The translations under genes and the position numbers were made by a program. Below, one piece after another: positions 10,339-19,122 of a stretch of 64,000 bases of DNA. Below the pieces are notes generated by a model. That model had not been told where the DNA came from. It ran no database searches and worked only from the letters and a program-made list of their open reading frames with translations. Source of the DNA: Clostridiales bacterium DTU032 (GTDB lineage: Bacteria; Bacillota; Clostridia; Saccharofermentanales; DTU023). The number at the start of each line of letters is the position of its first letter. Position 1 is the stretch's first letter. The DNA lies in assembly GCA_001512745.1 (NCBI GenBank), contig LFSM01000075.1, positions 3,727 to 67,726 on the forward strand. The letters are read 5' to 3'.

Positions 10339-10737
10339 TTAACGTTTGGAGAATTGGGACGCTTTTCTTGCCTTTTTGAGGCCATACTTTTTTCTTTCCT
10401 TGGCACGTGAGTCACGTGTCAGGAAACCGGCCTTTTTCAAAGCAGCTTTGTACTGATCTGAGTCAGCATCAACTAATGCGCGGGCAATACCGTGCCTGAC
10501 AGAACCGGACTGTCCTGAAATTCCACCGCCTTTGACATTCACTTTAATGTCATACAGATCTGCGCAATTACATAGATTGAGTGGCTGCTTTACGATATAA
10601 CGCAAAGTTTCCATGGGGAAATAATCCTCAAAGTTTTTGCCGTTTACTTCAATATTGCCCTTACCATGATACAGACGGACTCTGGCCACTGCCTTTTTCC
10701 TTCTGCCTGTTCCGTAAAAGAAATTCTTCTCTGCCAT
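10339..10737 (-). CDS. rpsI: 30S ribosomal protein S9
   Basis: [13 protein letters not shown] near the N-terminus and the C-terminal ...RKASQFSKR are S9 signatures. Confidence 0.95.
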   Translation of the reverse strand: MAEKNFFYGTGRRKKAVARVRLYHGKGNIEVNGKNFEDYFPMETLRYIVKQPLNLCNCADLYDIKVNVKGGGISGQSGSVRHGIARALVDADSDQYKAALKKAGFLTRDSRAKERKKYGLKKARKASQFSKR

Positions 10738-10751
10738 CTTTCATTTTCCCC

Positions 10752-11180
10752 TTAAACTTCTATCTGCACAGGCTCTTGCGCTGCGTGTGGATGATCAGGA
10801 CCGGAATATACCTTGAGCTTGCGGTACATCTGTCTGCCCAGACTGTTCTTAGGAAGCATACCACGAACCGCACTCTCTAAAATACGTTCGGGATGCTTTG
10901 CCTTCATATCCTGATAAGAAACTTCCTTCATGCCACCGGGATAGCCGGAGTGACGGCGATAAACTTTCTGTGCTTCCTTATTACCGGTCACAACAATTTT
11001 ATCTGCGTTGACGACAATAACATAATCGCCTGTATCAACATGAGGTGTGTATTCAGCTTTATGCTTGCCGCGCAAAATGCTGGCAATCTGTGTAGCCAAG
11101 CGACCAAGTGTCTGACCCTCGGCATCGATTAGAAGCCAGCGACGATCAGCAGTTTCCGCTTTTGCCATAAATGTCTTCAT
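10752..11180 (-). CDS. rplM: 50S ribosomal protein L13
   Basis: [27 protein letters not shown] is the L13 signature. Confidence 0.95.
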   Translation of the reverse strand: MKTFMAKAETADRRWLLIDAEGQTLGRLATQIASILRGKHKAEYTPHVDTGDYVIVVNADKIVVTGNKEAQKVYRRHSGYPGGMKEVSYQDMKAKHPERILESAVRGMLPKNSLGRQMYRKLKVYSGPDHPHAAQEPVQIEV

Positions 11181-11249
11181 TTCAATAACCCCCTAAATTT
11201 GTGTGTCTGCCAGTACTAAATAAGGCCCAGGACTGAGGACACAGCGCCT

Positions 11250-11278
11250 ATCATAACAAGTGGAACTTAGCTTGTCAA
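11250..11278 (-). promoter_or_regulatory. Sigma-A-type promoter of rplM-rpsI (TTGACA-17-TATGAT)
   Basis: On the minus strand, TTGACA lies at 11278-11273 and TATGAT at 11255-11250. It is followed by a ~65-nt leader that can fold (GUGUC...GACAC) and may be an L13-type leader. Confidence 0.6.
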
Positions 11279-11336
11279 CTGTTTTCCAAAATAGCTCATC
11301 AGAGCTTTACTTTTGTCCCATTTGCTCATTATTTCA

Positions 11337-12719
11337 TCATTTTTCGTCAGGGTCTTTTCTGCCTTTACGGTTGCTGATGATGTTCACGATTAAAATGCCT
11401 ATAACACAAACAACTATCAGTGCGCTTAGAGCTATAACCATCCATTCACGTCTTGTTATACCGCTAGTCGCTGCCGGCCCCTCACTGCCCTGCGGGTTTT
11501 CAGTCTTTGTTTGCTGATTACTCATAGGGTTAGCAGTGCTGGTAGGCTCTGAAGTTTGATCCGGAATATTTTCGGTCGAAATATCACTCTCGGCAGGCAG
11601 GGTTTCCGTCGGCTCAGTCAGATCCGGATTAGGTATCGGCGGAAATACAGGCAGAGCTGCCTCTTGATATGGCTTGCTGTCTGATCCCGAAATATAGGCG
11701 CCGTATTCCAGTAATGTCCGCACCGGAAGCGCCAGGTTAACGTAAGAGTTATCCTCTGAACGATAAACAGAACCGTCCAAGATAACAGCTATGATCTGTT
11801 GGCCGTGATGCGTAATGCCAGCCCCGATCAAACAATTGCCCGCCAGGGGAGTCGTGCCTGTCTTAACACCATTATAGCGGGCTATATATTGAGACTGGAA
11901 GAAGTTCGTGCCATATACGACCAGGCTGTTCGTATTGCTTGTCATGGACCATGCTCCGTAGGGGTGCATATTGGTAGGCTCCGGCATATAGTGAGCCATA
12001 ACAGCAAAGTCCGCCAAGACATCGTTTTCCAGAAGAGCCTTGGACATCATGGTCAGGTCATAGGCTGTAGTGTGATGATTCTCACCGTCCCAGCCACAGG
12101 GATTATCAAAATTAGTATTCTTAGTTCCAAGGCTTTTTGCAACACGATTCATCTCAGCAACAAAGGCCTGACGTGAATTAACAGCCGCATCGGCAGAAAA
12201 ATTCCCCCACTGGTCCGGAGACAAATCAGATGTGTAGCCATAAAGCCCACCATAATTCTCCGCCAGAACATAGGCACAATCATTGGCTGACATGACCATC
12301 AGTCCGCCCAGAACATCACGGGTAGAAATCAACTCACCTGCTTTGAGATTAAGTTTTGCAGATGCCGGATCGCCGAAATATGTAGCTGCTTCTGAAACCA
12401 GCAATTTTGCATCCAGATCAAACTTTTCGTGCCGGACAGCTGTTAAAGCTGTCAGAACTTTTGTCGTGCTCGCATTCCACAAAGGCTGATGCACATTATG
12501 TTCCAGTATAAATTCATCTGTTGTCGCATTGTAGACCGAATAAGCTGAGGCTCTGATATCTTCTATTGCAGGCCAGCCGGGAACATCTTCGAAATTATCT
12601 GCAAAAACCGCAGCCGCTGAGATTATTTGCAGCAAGAAAAAAACAGTCAGCAGCAGGATCAGATATTTACTTAGATTTCTAATAATTATGCTCATTGAAT
12701 CAAAATTCCTCTTTGACAT
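11337..12719 (-). CDS. D-alanyl-D-alanine carboxypeptidase (S11/PBP5-like) with a C-terminal membrane anchor
   Basis: All three active-site motifs are present: STTK, SAN (MSANDCAYVLAE) and KTG (GVKTGTT). The C-terminal TM helix is VIALSALIVVCVIGILIV. The start is uncertain, with an alternative ATG at 12695. Confidence 0.85.
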   Translation of the reverse strand: MSKRNFDSMSIIIRNLSKYLILLLTVFFLLQIISAAAVFADNFEDVPGWPAIEDIRASAYSVYNATTDEFILEHNVHQPLWNASTTKVLTALTAVRHEKFDLDAKLLVSEAATYFGDPASAKLNLKAGELISTRDVLGGLMVMSANDCAYVLAENYGGLYGYTSDLSPDQWGNFSADAAVNSRQAFVAEMNRVAKSLGTKNTNFDNPCGWDGENHHTTAYDLTMMSKALLENDVLADFAVMAHYMPEPTNMHPYGAWSMTSNTNSLVVYGTNFFQSQYIARYNGVKTGTTPLAGNCLIGAGITHHGQQIIAVILDGSVYRSEDNSYVNLALPVRTLLEYGAYISGSDSKPYQEAALPVFPPIPNPDLTEPTETLPAESDISTENIPDQTSEPTSTANPMSNQQTKTENPQGSEGPAATSGITRREWMVIALSALIVVCVIGILIVNIISNRKGRKDPDEK

Positions 12720-12760
12720 GATACAACAAAAACTGCCGGTTTAACTTACCGGTTTTCCCT

Positions 12761-14599
12761 TCAGTTCAAGTCCGTAAAATTTTCTTTATACCAGAGCATA
12801 AAGGCCAGAACAATATATAGCTCCATGTGACGGGCCCTCTTTTGCTTAAGGTGCTCGTCCAGATAGCGGTCGATAGTTTCACGCCTGAAAAATCGCTCAG
12901 TAAGGGGATCACTCAAAATATCGTATAAGGGTTGGGCAATTGTCTTATCTTGCAGGTAATAGCGAAAGGGCACGGGAAATCCCAGTTTTCTGTGGTGAAT
13001 CCAATTCTGGTCGAGAACCTCAGCTGCTGCCTGTCTGAAGGGAATTTTGCTTTCTCTTTCAGACACACGCATATGCGAAGGAACTGTGCTCGCAGTCTCA
13101 AATACTGATTTATTTAACAGTGGGGTTCTCAGCTGCAAGTTGTGAGCGTTAGCCATCCTTTCCTGCTTTACACACATGTCTCCGGGCAAGATATAATTTA
13201 TATCCAGAAGCATCTTTTGTGTCAGTTCATCCTCTGCAGCATGTTCATTGTAAAAGGATGCAAAGAATTCTTCCAGACTTTTTTCCGGCATGAATTCATC
13301 AATTAGCAAGTGATTAACTATGGCTGGATTAACAATCTGATTAGTTCCAAAAAAGTACTGAGATGCCTTCATCCCACAATGTTTAATTGAGGAAGCCCGG
13401 GAGTAGTAAGGAATATCTGATTTAATACGTGAGGAAATAAAGGAACGTAAACTTTCCGGCATTATCTTTTTATAAAGCTGCTTTTTTCCGGATAATCCCA
13501 AATAAGAGTCATAACCACCAAAGAATTCATCCGCGCCATCGCCAGTTAAGATAACAGAGACTCTTTGATCAACCAGCTTACCTAGCAGGCAGAGAGCAAC
13601 TGTAGATAAATTTCCATTAGGTTCATTAAGTTTTTGCTGAGTGTGCAAAAGTGCGTCCAGATAGTCTCTGCCACTGACGCTGGCACTATGAAAATTCATT
13701 CCATGTCTGTCAGCCAGACTCTGTGCTTGCTCAGCTTCGTTAAATATGCCAGTATATCCTTCGTATCCGATCGAAAATATATCTTCCGGCTGAGCCAGAA
13801 TAGTAACAAAGGCTGAATCCACCCCTCCGGACAGATAGGCACCCGCTTTGTCATCCTTCATATAAGACTCGACTGACTTTCTCACGGTTTGGCGGATCTC
13901 TTCTGCATGCTCGGCTAAAGAACGCTCATCAGGAGTGAAGGCTGCCTTGAAGTAAGCTTCTTCCCTCAGCCCATCTTCACTGATCAATGCCCAGTGGCCA
14001 GGCCGCAGGCTATACACCTTGCGCCAGAAACTCTCTCGCATGGGATTGTACTCAAGGCTAAGATAATAGGCCAGAGCTCGGGGATTAAATTCTTTTTCAA
14101 AATCAGGGTGTTCCGCCATAGCCGGAATATTACTGCCAAAAAAGCGCACTCCCCTACGCATTGGCTCCGAATAATATAGTGGACAGCTGCCAAAATGATC
14201 TTTAGCCAGATAAACACTGCCGTTGACACTGTCAGCTATGATGAGAGAGAAATTGCCTCGCAGGTAGTCAACAAAGTCCGGTGTAGAGACCTTATAAGCC
14301 TGCAAGATTAAAGCCATCAGATCCTTTTCCGGTTTAACTCCTGATTTGCGCAGTTCTGCTTCCAGCAAATCAAACGAAGCTATATAACCATACAGAATGA
14401 CTGTGTAGCGGTTAAGAGGATCTGAGTAAAAAGTGATTAAATCCTGTTTGCCGTGATTAACAGCGCATAAATAAATGCTTTTGCTCTGATGAAGCTGAAT
14501 TGCCGGTTCGCCTGAACCCAGAGTTTTTGCGACTATTTTGCTCAGTTCTCTTTCACCTGTCTGAGAATAACTCCCGACAAGTCCAATAAAATCTGACAT
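12761..14599 (-). CDS. Asparagine synthetase B-like ATP-pyrophosphatase with a degenerate glutaminase domain
   Basis: The PP-loop YLSGGVDSAF is intact. The N-terminus reads MSDFIGLVG (Ser where AsnB has the Cys2 nucleophile), and the NGEIYN box reads YGYIAS. The start is set at ATG 14599, 4 nt after the upstream stop. Confidence 0.75.
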   Translation of the reverse strand: MSDFIGLVGSYSQTGERELSKIVAKTLGSGEPAIQLHQSKSIYLCAVNHGKQDLITFYSDPLNRYTVILYGYIASFDLLEAELRKSGVKPEKDLMALILQAYKVSTPDFVDYLRGNFSLIIADSVNGSVYLAKDHFGSCPLYYSEPMRRGVRFFGSNIPAMAEHPDFEKEFNPRALAYYLSLEYNPMRESFWRKVYSLRPGHWALISEDGLREEAYFKAAFTPDERSLAEHAEEIRQTVRKSVESYMKDDKAGAYLSGGVDSAFVTILAQPEDIFSIGYEGYTGIFNEAEQAQSLADRHGMNFHSASVSGRDYLDALLHTQQKLNEPNGNLSTVALCLLGKLVDQRVSVILTGDGADEFFGGYDSYLGLSGKKQLYKKIMPESLRSFISSRIKSDIPYYSRASSIKHCGMKASQYFFGTNQIVNPAIVNHLLIDEFMPEKSLEEFFASFYNEHAAEDELTQKMLLDINYILPGDMCVKQERMANAHNLQLRTPLLNKSVFETASTVPSHMRVSERESKIPFRQAAAEVLDQNWIHHRKLGFPVPFRYYLQDKTIAQPLYDILSDPLTERFFRRETIDRYLDEHLKQKRARHMELYIVLAFMLWYKENFTDLN

Positions 14600-14603
14600 A
14601 TAC

Positions 14604-15410
14604 TCACTCGGAAAAGGTCCTTTGGTAATCGTCAAGTATTACTTGGAAGGCTTGGTCTGTTTCCGCTCCCTCTATTAGTTTTTCTTCCAGCCACTTCAGA
14701 CGGCTGTTACGGTCATTGGCCCTTGTTATTGCCGGAGCAATAAGAAAATAGATCAAAAAAAACAAAAGTGCGGCAATAATGATAACAGCGCTGATTATCT
14801 GTACCGTCTTGTTGCGGGAACCATAAGGCGAAGAAGCTACCGAACCTTTGTTGCTTTGGCTGATTTGTCGCATAAGATCATCACGCTCTTTGGCACTAGC
14901 CATACGCACTTCATCGCCGTTAGGGGAAGCTGCCGCCCGCTCCAGAATACCAGCTTGTGCCAAACTCGCTCTTACCGGCAGAAGTTTTTTCTCATTCCTG
15001 CGACGTGAACGTTCCTCTTCTTCGGCCCTGTCTTTGCAAAAACAGGCCTGTGCCTGCAAATGTGTCAGAACTTCTACGTCTGCAGGATCAGGATCAGCCA
15101 GCAAGGCTTTCTTAAACTGGAGTTCTGCCTCTTTATATTTGCGATCAGCTCCAAGACATAAACCATAGAGCACAGCTGCATCCGTAAAGAGAGGATAAGT
15201 TGCAACAAGTTTTTCCAAAGCAATTCTGGCTATGTCCTCATTGTCGGAATGAATATGTTCTAAAGCACGATTATATATGGATAAAGCACGTTCAGCTTCT
15301 CTTTGTGATGTGAATACTCCCGTCGGAGCTTCTTCGATTTTCTCTATCTTTGACAGTACAGCCTGCCATTTAAAATTGGAATTCAGCTTTTTTTCCTGTG
15401 GCTGTGCCAT
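14604..15410 (-). CDS. Hypothetical single-pass membrane protein with an N-terminal TPR-like helical region
   Basis: It has GGAGGT SD, the TM helix IISAVIIIAALLFFLIYFLIAP and helical-repeat-like sequence (ALEKLVATYPLFTDAAVLYGLCL...KEAELQFKKAL). I recognised no family. Confidence 0.6.
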   Translation of the reverse strand: MAQPQEKKLNSNFKWQAVLSKIEKIEEAPTGVFTSQREAERALSIYNRALEHIHSDNEDIARIALEKLVATYPLFTDAAVLYGLCLGADRKYKEAELQFKKALLADPDPADVEVLTHLQAQACFCKDRAEEEERSRRRNEKKLLPVRASLAQAGILERAAASPNGDEVRMASAKERDDLMRQISQSNKGSVASSPYGSRNKTVQIISAVIIIAALLFFLIYFLIAPAITRANDRNSRLKWLEEKLIEGAETDQAFQVILDDYQRTFSE

Positions 15411-15468
15411 TTTTACCTCCGGGAATACTTAATCGCCGATAATCATATATCCAGCCCTGTATCTTAAG

Positions 15469-16848
15469 CTATTTTTGTAGCTCACGCATGCGTTTCCGGA
15501 TTGCTCCTGCCAAATACAAGGAACCAAAAATACAAAGAAGTGCTCCTTTTTCTTCTGCCAGGGCCAGAGCTTTATCTAAAGCTTCACTATAGTCACCTAC
15601 TGAGCACATTTGAATCTGAGCTGCCGTTTCCGGATCCAGCACTTCTTTTGCTGTTGCCAGCATTTCTTCTGCTGAAGCTGTACGTTCATCAGGTGCAGCT
15701 GTGAAAACAATTGCTGCACTTTCGTACTGTTTGCTGTTCAGTACAATACTGAGCATTTCCCTGTAATTCTTATCCTGCATTATAGCGCAAAGAAAAACCA
15801 AAGGAGTATTCTCATTTAATTGGGCCAAAGACTCAACCAAAGCATGGCAACCTTGAATATTATGCGCTCCGTCTAAAAGCACAAAGGGCGAATGAGAGAG
15901 TATTTCCAAACGAGCCGGCCAAACCGTTGCAGCGATTCCCTGCCTGATATCTTCAGCACTGACACAGTTTGCAAGTGCTGAAGCTGCCAGCAAGGCATTG
16001 ATAGGCTGAAATACTCCCAGAAGCTTTGTTGTATAAATTTCTTCTGTATCCAATTTTCGGAAACTCTGACCTTGGCGGCTATAGGACAGCATTTCAAATT
16101 GATCCCGCCCGATCCAGTGCAAAGGAACATCAAGTTCCAGACAACGCTCTTCCAGTGTCTTTCTTGCAATAACTGCATCTTCTTCAGAAATCATGGCGTC
16201 AAAAGGATCGTAGGCAAATACCGGCGTTCCCGGCTTAATGATGCCGGCTTTTTCATACATGATATTTCTCATGCTATTTCCCAGCCGGTCCATATGGTCG
16301 TAGCCGGGAGCAGCAATGATGCTGGCAAGCGGGTTTTCAATTACATTTGTTGAATCCAGTCTGCCGCCAAGTCCACTTTCCAGAACCACATAGTCACAGT
16401 TTTTTTCTTTGAAATAGATGAAAGCCATCATCGTGATTAAATCAAACTCAGAAGGCAGATCCATGATCCCATCCTCCTGCATTGAATCTGCTGCTCGTGA
16501 CACCCGGGCCATAATACGGTCGATAGATTCATTATCGATTTCACCCGCTTCATTATCATGATCATATTGTTCCAGGCCTTCAGCTGCTTGAATAACCCGA
16601 ATTCGTTCATTAAAGCGTTCCAGATAAGGAGATGTATACCAACCGACTCTGTGTCCTGCTGAAGAGAGAATATGTGTCAGATAACTGCTAATTGACCCCT
16701 TGCCGTTAGTCCCGGCTATATGAAATATGTTTAGTCCCCGCCACGGATCACCCAGCCTGCGGCTCAATTCGCGGACACGACCTAAGCTTCTATCTGAACT
16801 GAATTTTCCAGCCTCGCTTATATATTGCAGTGTTGCATTGTGATTCAT
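15469..16848 (-). CDS. folC: Folylpolyglutamate synthase / dihydrofolate synthase
   Basis: The Mur-ligase P-loop AGTNGKGS is followed by TSPYLERFNERI, which is FolC-type. Confidence 0.88.
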   Translation of the reverse strand: MNHNATLQYISEAGKFSSDRSLGRVRELSRRLGDPWRGLNIFHIAGTNGKGSISSYLTHILSSAGHRVGWYTSPYLERFNERIRVIQAAEGLEQYDHDNEAGEIDNESIDRIMARVSRAADSMQEDGIMDLPSEFDLITMMAFIYFKEKNCDYVVLESGLGGRLDSTNVIENPLASIIAAPGYDHMDRLGNSMRNIMYEKAGIIKPGTPVFAYDPFDAMISEEDAVIARKTLEERCLELDVPLHWIGRDQFEMLSYSRQGQSFRKLDTEEIYTTKLLGVFQPINALLAASALANCVSAEDIRQGIAATVWPARLEILSHSPFVLLDGAHNIQGCHALVESLAQLNENTPLVFLCAIMQDKNYREMLSIVLNSKQYESAAIVFTAAPDERTASAEEMLATAKEVLDPETAAQIQMCSVGDYSEALDKALALAEEKGALLCIFGSLYLAGAIRKRMRELQK

Positions 16849-16880
16849 TAATTGTTTGGATCCTCTCCAAAATTTTCTGT

Positions 16881-17360
16881 TTATTCATCGTCTTCACCGC
16901 CTCTTGTCTCTGCATCCTTGCTCCAAGATTCAGTAAAAACAAAATACTTGCCCAGAAGATAATTGCCGACAATCACAAACAAAAGAGAGATCGCTTTTGC
17001 CCAGGGCAGATTGGAAATTATCTCAGTTTTAAATCCTATCACGTCATAAATCAAATAAAAACCTGCGTATTGAAAAACCAGCGAAACCACTAAACGTCCG
17101 GCAGAAAATCGAAATATTTCGCTCAATACGGGCTGTTTGGATTTGAAGACCCAGACACGATTGATTACATATGCAGTTAATATTGATAAAACAATGGACG
17201 GCAGCAGTGAAAAATACCACTTGTCAAGACCAAGCAAATTACTCAGCAAATAAAAAACACCCATATCTACCAGAGTGACTATCACGCCTGAGATGGTATA
17301 ACGCAGGAACTGCATATTAAAAAAGAGCTCTCGCAAGCGAGCCCAGATTTTTTTGACCAC
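16881..17360 (-). CDS. GtrA-family membrane protein
   Basis: The ~159-aa product has 4 TM helices. FLRYTISGVIVTLVDMGVFYLL and YVINRVWVFK are GtrA-like. It uses a GTG start 5 nt after the upstream stop. Confidence 0.75.
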   Translation of the reverse strand: MVKKIWARLRELFFNMQFLRYTISGVIVTLVDMGVFYLLSNLLGLDKWYFSLLPSIVLSILTAYVINRVWVFKSKQPVLSEIFRFSAGRLVVSLVFQYAGFYLIYDVIGFKTEIISNLPWAKAISLLFVIVGNYLLGKYFVFTESWSKDAETRGGEDDE

Positions 17361-17365
17361 TAAAA

Positions 17366-19099
17366 CTAAATCTCCTCCTGATCTTCCAGATCAGATCTTT
17401 CTGAATAAGTACTGAAAATCCCTTTGCCTTTATTTTTTGTCTGATATTCTGTGTTGAAGCTCTGTCCTGCTGTGGCGCTGATATCAGAAACATCTCTGAC
17501 CTCAGGCAAGTCATCCAGATAATTGTAGGAGACCGGCGGGGTGGTCTCAACATCTAAGTCATCACTTGCTTCAAAACTATCTTCTTCAGACCTATACATA
17601 CTATCATCAGAAAGGAAGTCATCTGCAAAGGGATACTCCGCTCTTTTCCTGTCAGAATTCAATTTGACGATAATAATAATCAGGATAACCAATATAAGCA
17701 AAACACCGGCGCTGGCAGCTATAATATGCCAGAGTTTAAAGTCATTGCCAAAAAGACTGATAGTTCTGTTACGCAGACCTTGCCTTCCTTCATTCAGATC
17801 ACTGTCGGCAGTTTCTGCAGGCAAAGTGTCAGCTTCAGTCTGCTGTTCAGCTTCCTTGAGATCTTCTTTTGCCAGATCTTCGAAGTTTTCATCCAGAAAA
17901 GTACCAAAAGCTGGTACCAACAGGAAATCATAATGCATGAGCTGATCCAGACTCTGACTATAAACAAATCTTTCGATTTCCTTATTGCTGCCTTCCAGGG
18001 CCAGCAAGTAGGTTCCGGCATTCTCCCGGCCGGCTCCAATATTCATGGTCGAAAGATTGCTGCCAGCAGTACTGACAGTTTGTGCGGATGATGTACTCGC
18101 AGCTTCTGATTTTGACAGCTGTGCCTGATATTGCTCCATATATTCATCAAAAGAAACATAATCACCGAAATTAAATTCAATAACCGGAAGGTTGATATTC
18201 CTGATTTTTGCATCTGTGCGTGTAGTACCGTAGGGTATCAGTTCATCTGGCATAATGGTCACATGATAAAACTCTTCACCCAGTTTAAAACGCAAATACG
18301 GTATGAAGCTTTTGCTTGAGCTGTCATAGAAATATAATTGCGGCTCTTGACCGGGCAGACTCATAAACGACAAATACAAGTCTTCATTTTCAGAATAATA
18401 AGCTGCCAGTTCATAACCGTCGATCACATTCTCAGCTGCTTCAAAGCCACTGGGAATGTCTGCTTCTTCCAAATCAATTTCCGCTATGGAAAGTCTGCGG
18501 CCCTTATGGTCTACTCCTTTAAATGCTTTGGCCGGCTGGCTCTTTGTTTCCTCTGTTTCACTAGGGCCAGCCGTGGAGGGCGTAATTGTTTCCACAGTTG
18601 TCAGTGGTGTTTGGGGTGGTGCTGTGTTTGCTACAGTGTTTGTGGGAGTGACTGCAGGTGCATTTTGAATATTTACTGAAGCACTACCGCCACTAAATGT
18701 GTAATCGCCATTGTAAGTATGAGAACCTGACCCATCAGAGGCTGTGAAATCAGCATTTCCGCTTCCCTTTATTTTAAAAGAAAGTGTGGCTACATGACCT
18801 GCTGTAAAGGAGCTACCTAAGTTTCTAGCAATATAAATCGTTCCTGATTTATCGTTGATAGCTGCCCCAATACTTGATGTACCTGATACAAATTCAACTA
18901 TATTAGCTCTATAAGATATCGTGCAATCAAAAATCTCCATCTCAGTAGCAGGGCTGACACCGACATTAACAGTAATTATTTGTCCGGAAATAGATGCGGA
19001 TACAGTAACTGACCCATGTGCAGCAGTGGCCTTCTGTGGGAAGAAAAGAGTAGCAAAAAATATAAGAAGCAAAGAATATAATGCAAACTGCCTTTTCAT
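17366..19099 (-). CDS. Secreted, C-terminally membrane-anchored surface protein with an N-terminal cohesin-like beta-sandwich module
   Basis: The domain order is signal peptide (…FFPQKATA/AHG), a ~117-aa beta-rich module, a Pro/Thr linker, a ~250-aa unknown domain, a TM helix (LWHIIAASAGVLLILVILIIIIV + KLNSDRKR) and an acidic ~100-aa cytoplasmic tail. Confidence 0.7.
   Translation of the reverse strand: MKRQFALYSLLLIFFATLFFPQKATAAHGSVTVSASISGQIITVNVGVSPATEMEIFDCTISYRANIVEFVSGTSSIGAAINDKSGTIYIARNLGSSFTAGHVATLSFKIKGSGNADFTASDGSGSHTYNGDYTFSGGSASVNIQNAPAVTPTNTVANTAPPQTPLTTVETITPSTAGPSETEETKSQPAKAFKGVDHKGRRLSIAEIDLEEADIPSGFEAAENVIDGYELAAYYSENEDLYLSFMSLPGQEPQLYFYDSSSKSFIPYLRFKLGEEFYHVTIMPDELIPYGTTRTDAKIRNINLPVIEFNFGDYVSFDEYMEQYQAQLSKSEAASTSSAQTVSTAGSNLSTMNIGAGRENAGTYLLALEGSNKEIERFVYSQSLDQLMHYDFLLVPAFGTFLDENFEDLAKEDLKEAEQQTEADTLPAETADSDLNEGRQGLRNRTISLFGNDFKLWHIIAASAGVLLILVILIIIIVKLNSDRKRAEYPFADDFLSDDSMYRSEEDSFEASDDLDVETTPPVSYNYLDDLPEVRDVSDISATAGQSFNTEYQTKNKGKGIFSTYSERSDLEDQEEI
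18665..19015 (-). other. Cohesin-like module (tentative)
   Basis: The pattern ...ITVNVGVSP..EIFDCTISYRANIVEFVSGT...GTIYIARNLG...GHVATLSFKIKGSGNADF resembles the cohesin consensus (f.i.YD.n.l.fv...G.i.f......G.la.i.Fkvk). It is shorter than a canonical cohesin. Confidence 0.4.
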
Positions 19100-19122
19100 T
19101 TGAATACCTTTCTAAAGTCAAC

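Noticed and set aside
11181-11249. A possible ribosomal L13-type leader structure between the rplM promoter and the start codon.
   Set aside because: A GUGUC...GACAC hairpin can be drawn, but I cannot verify correspondence to the known leader family without a covariance-model search. I therefore did not annotate it as an ncRNA.
12761-14599. The AsnB-like protein as a lasso-peptide cyclase, marking a RiPP cluster.
   Set aside because: No transglutaminase-like B protease, PqqD-like RRE, ABC exporter or plausible precursor ORF is adjacent. The neighbours are envelope proteins. The idea is kept only as an analogy in the finding.
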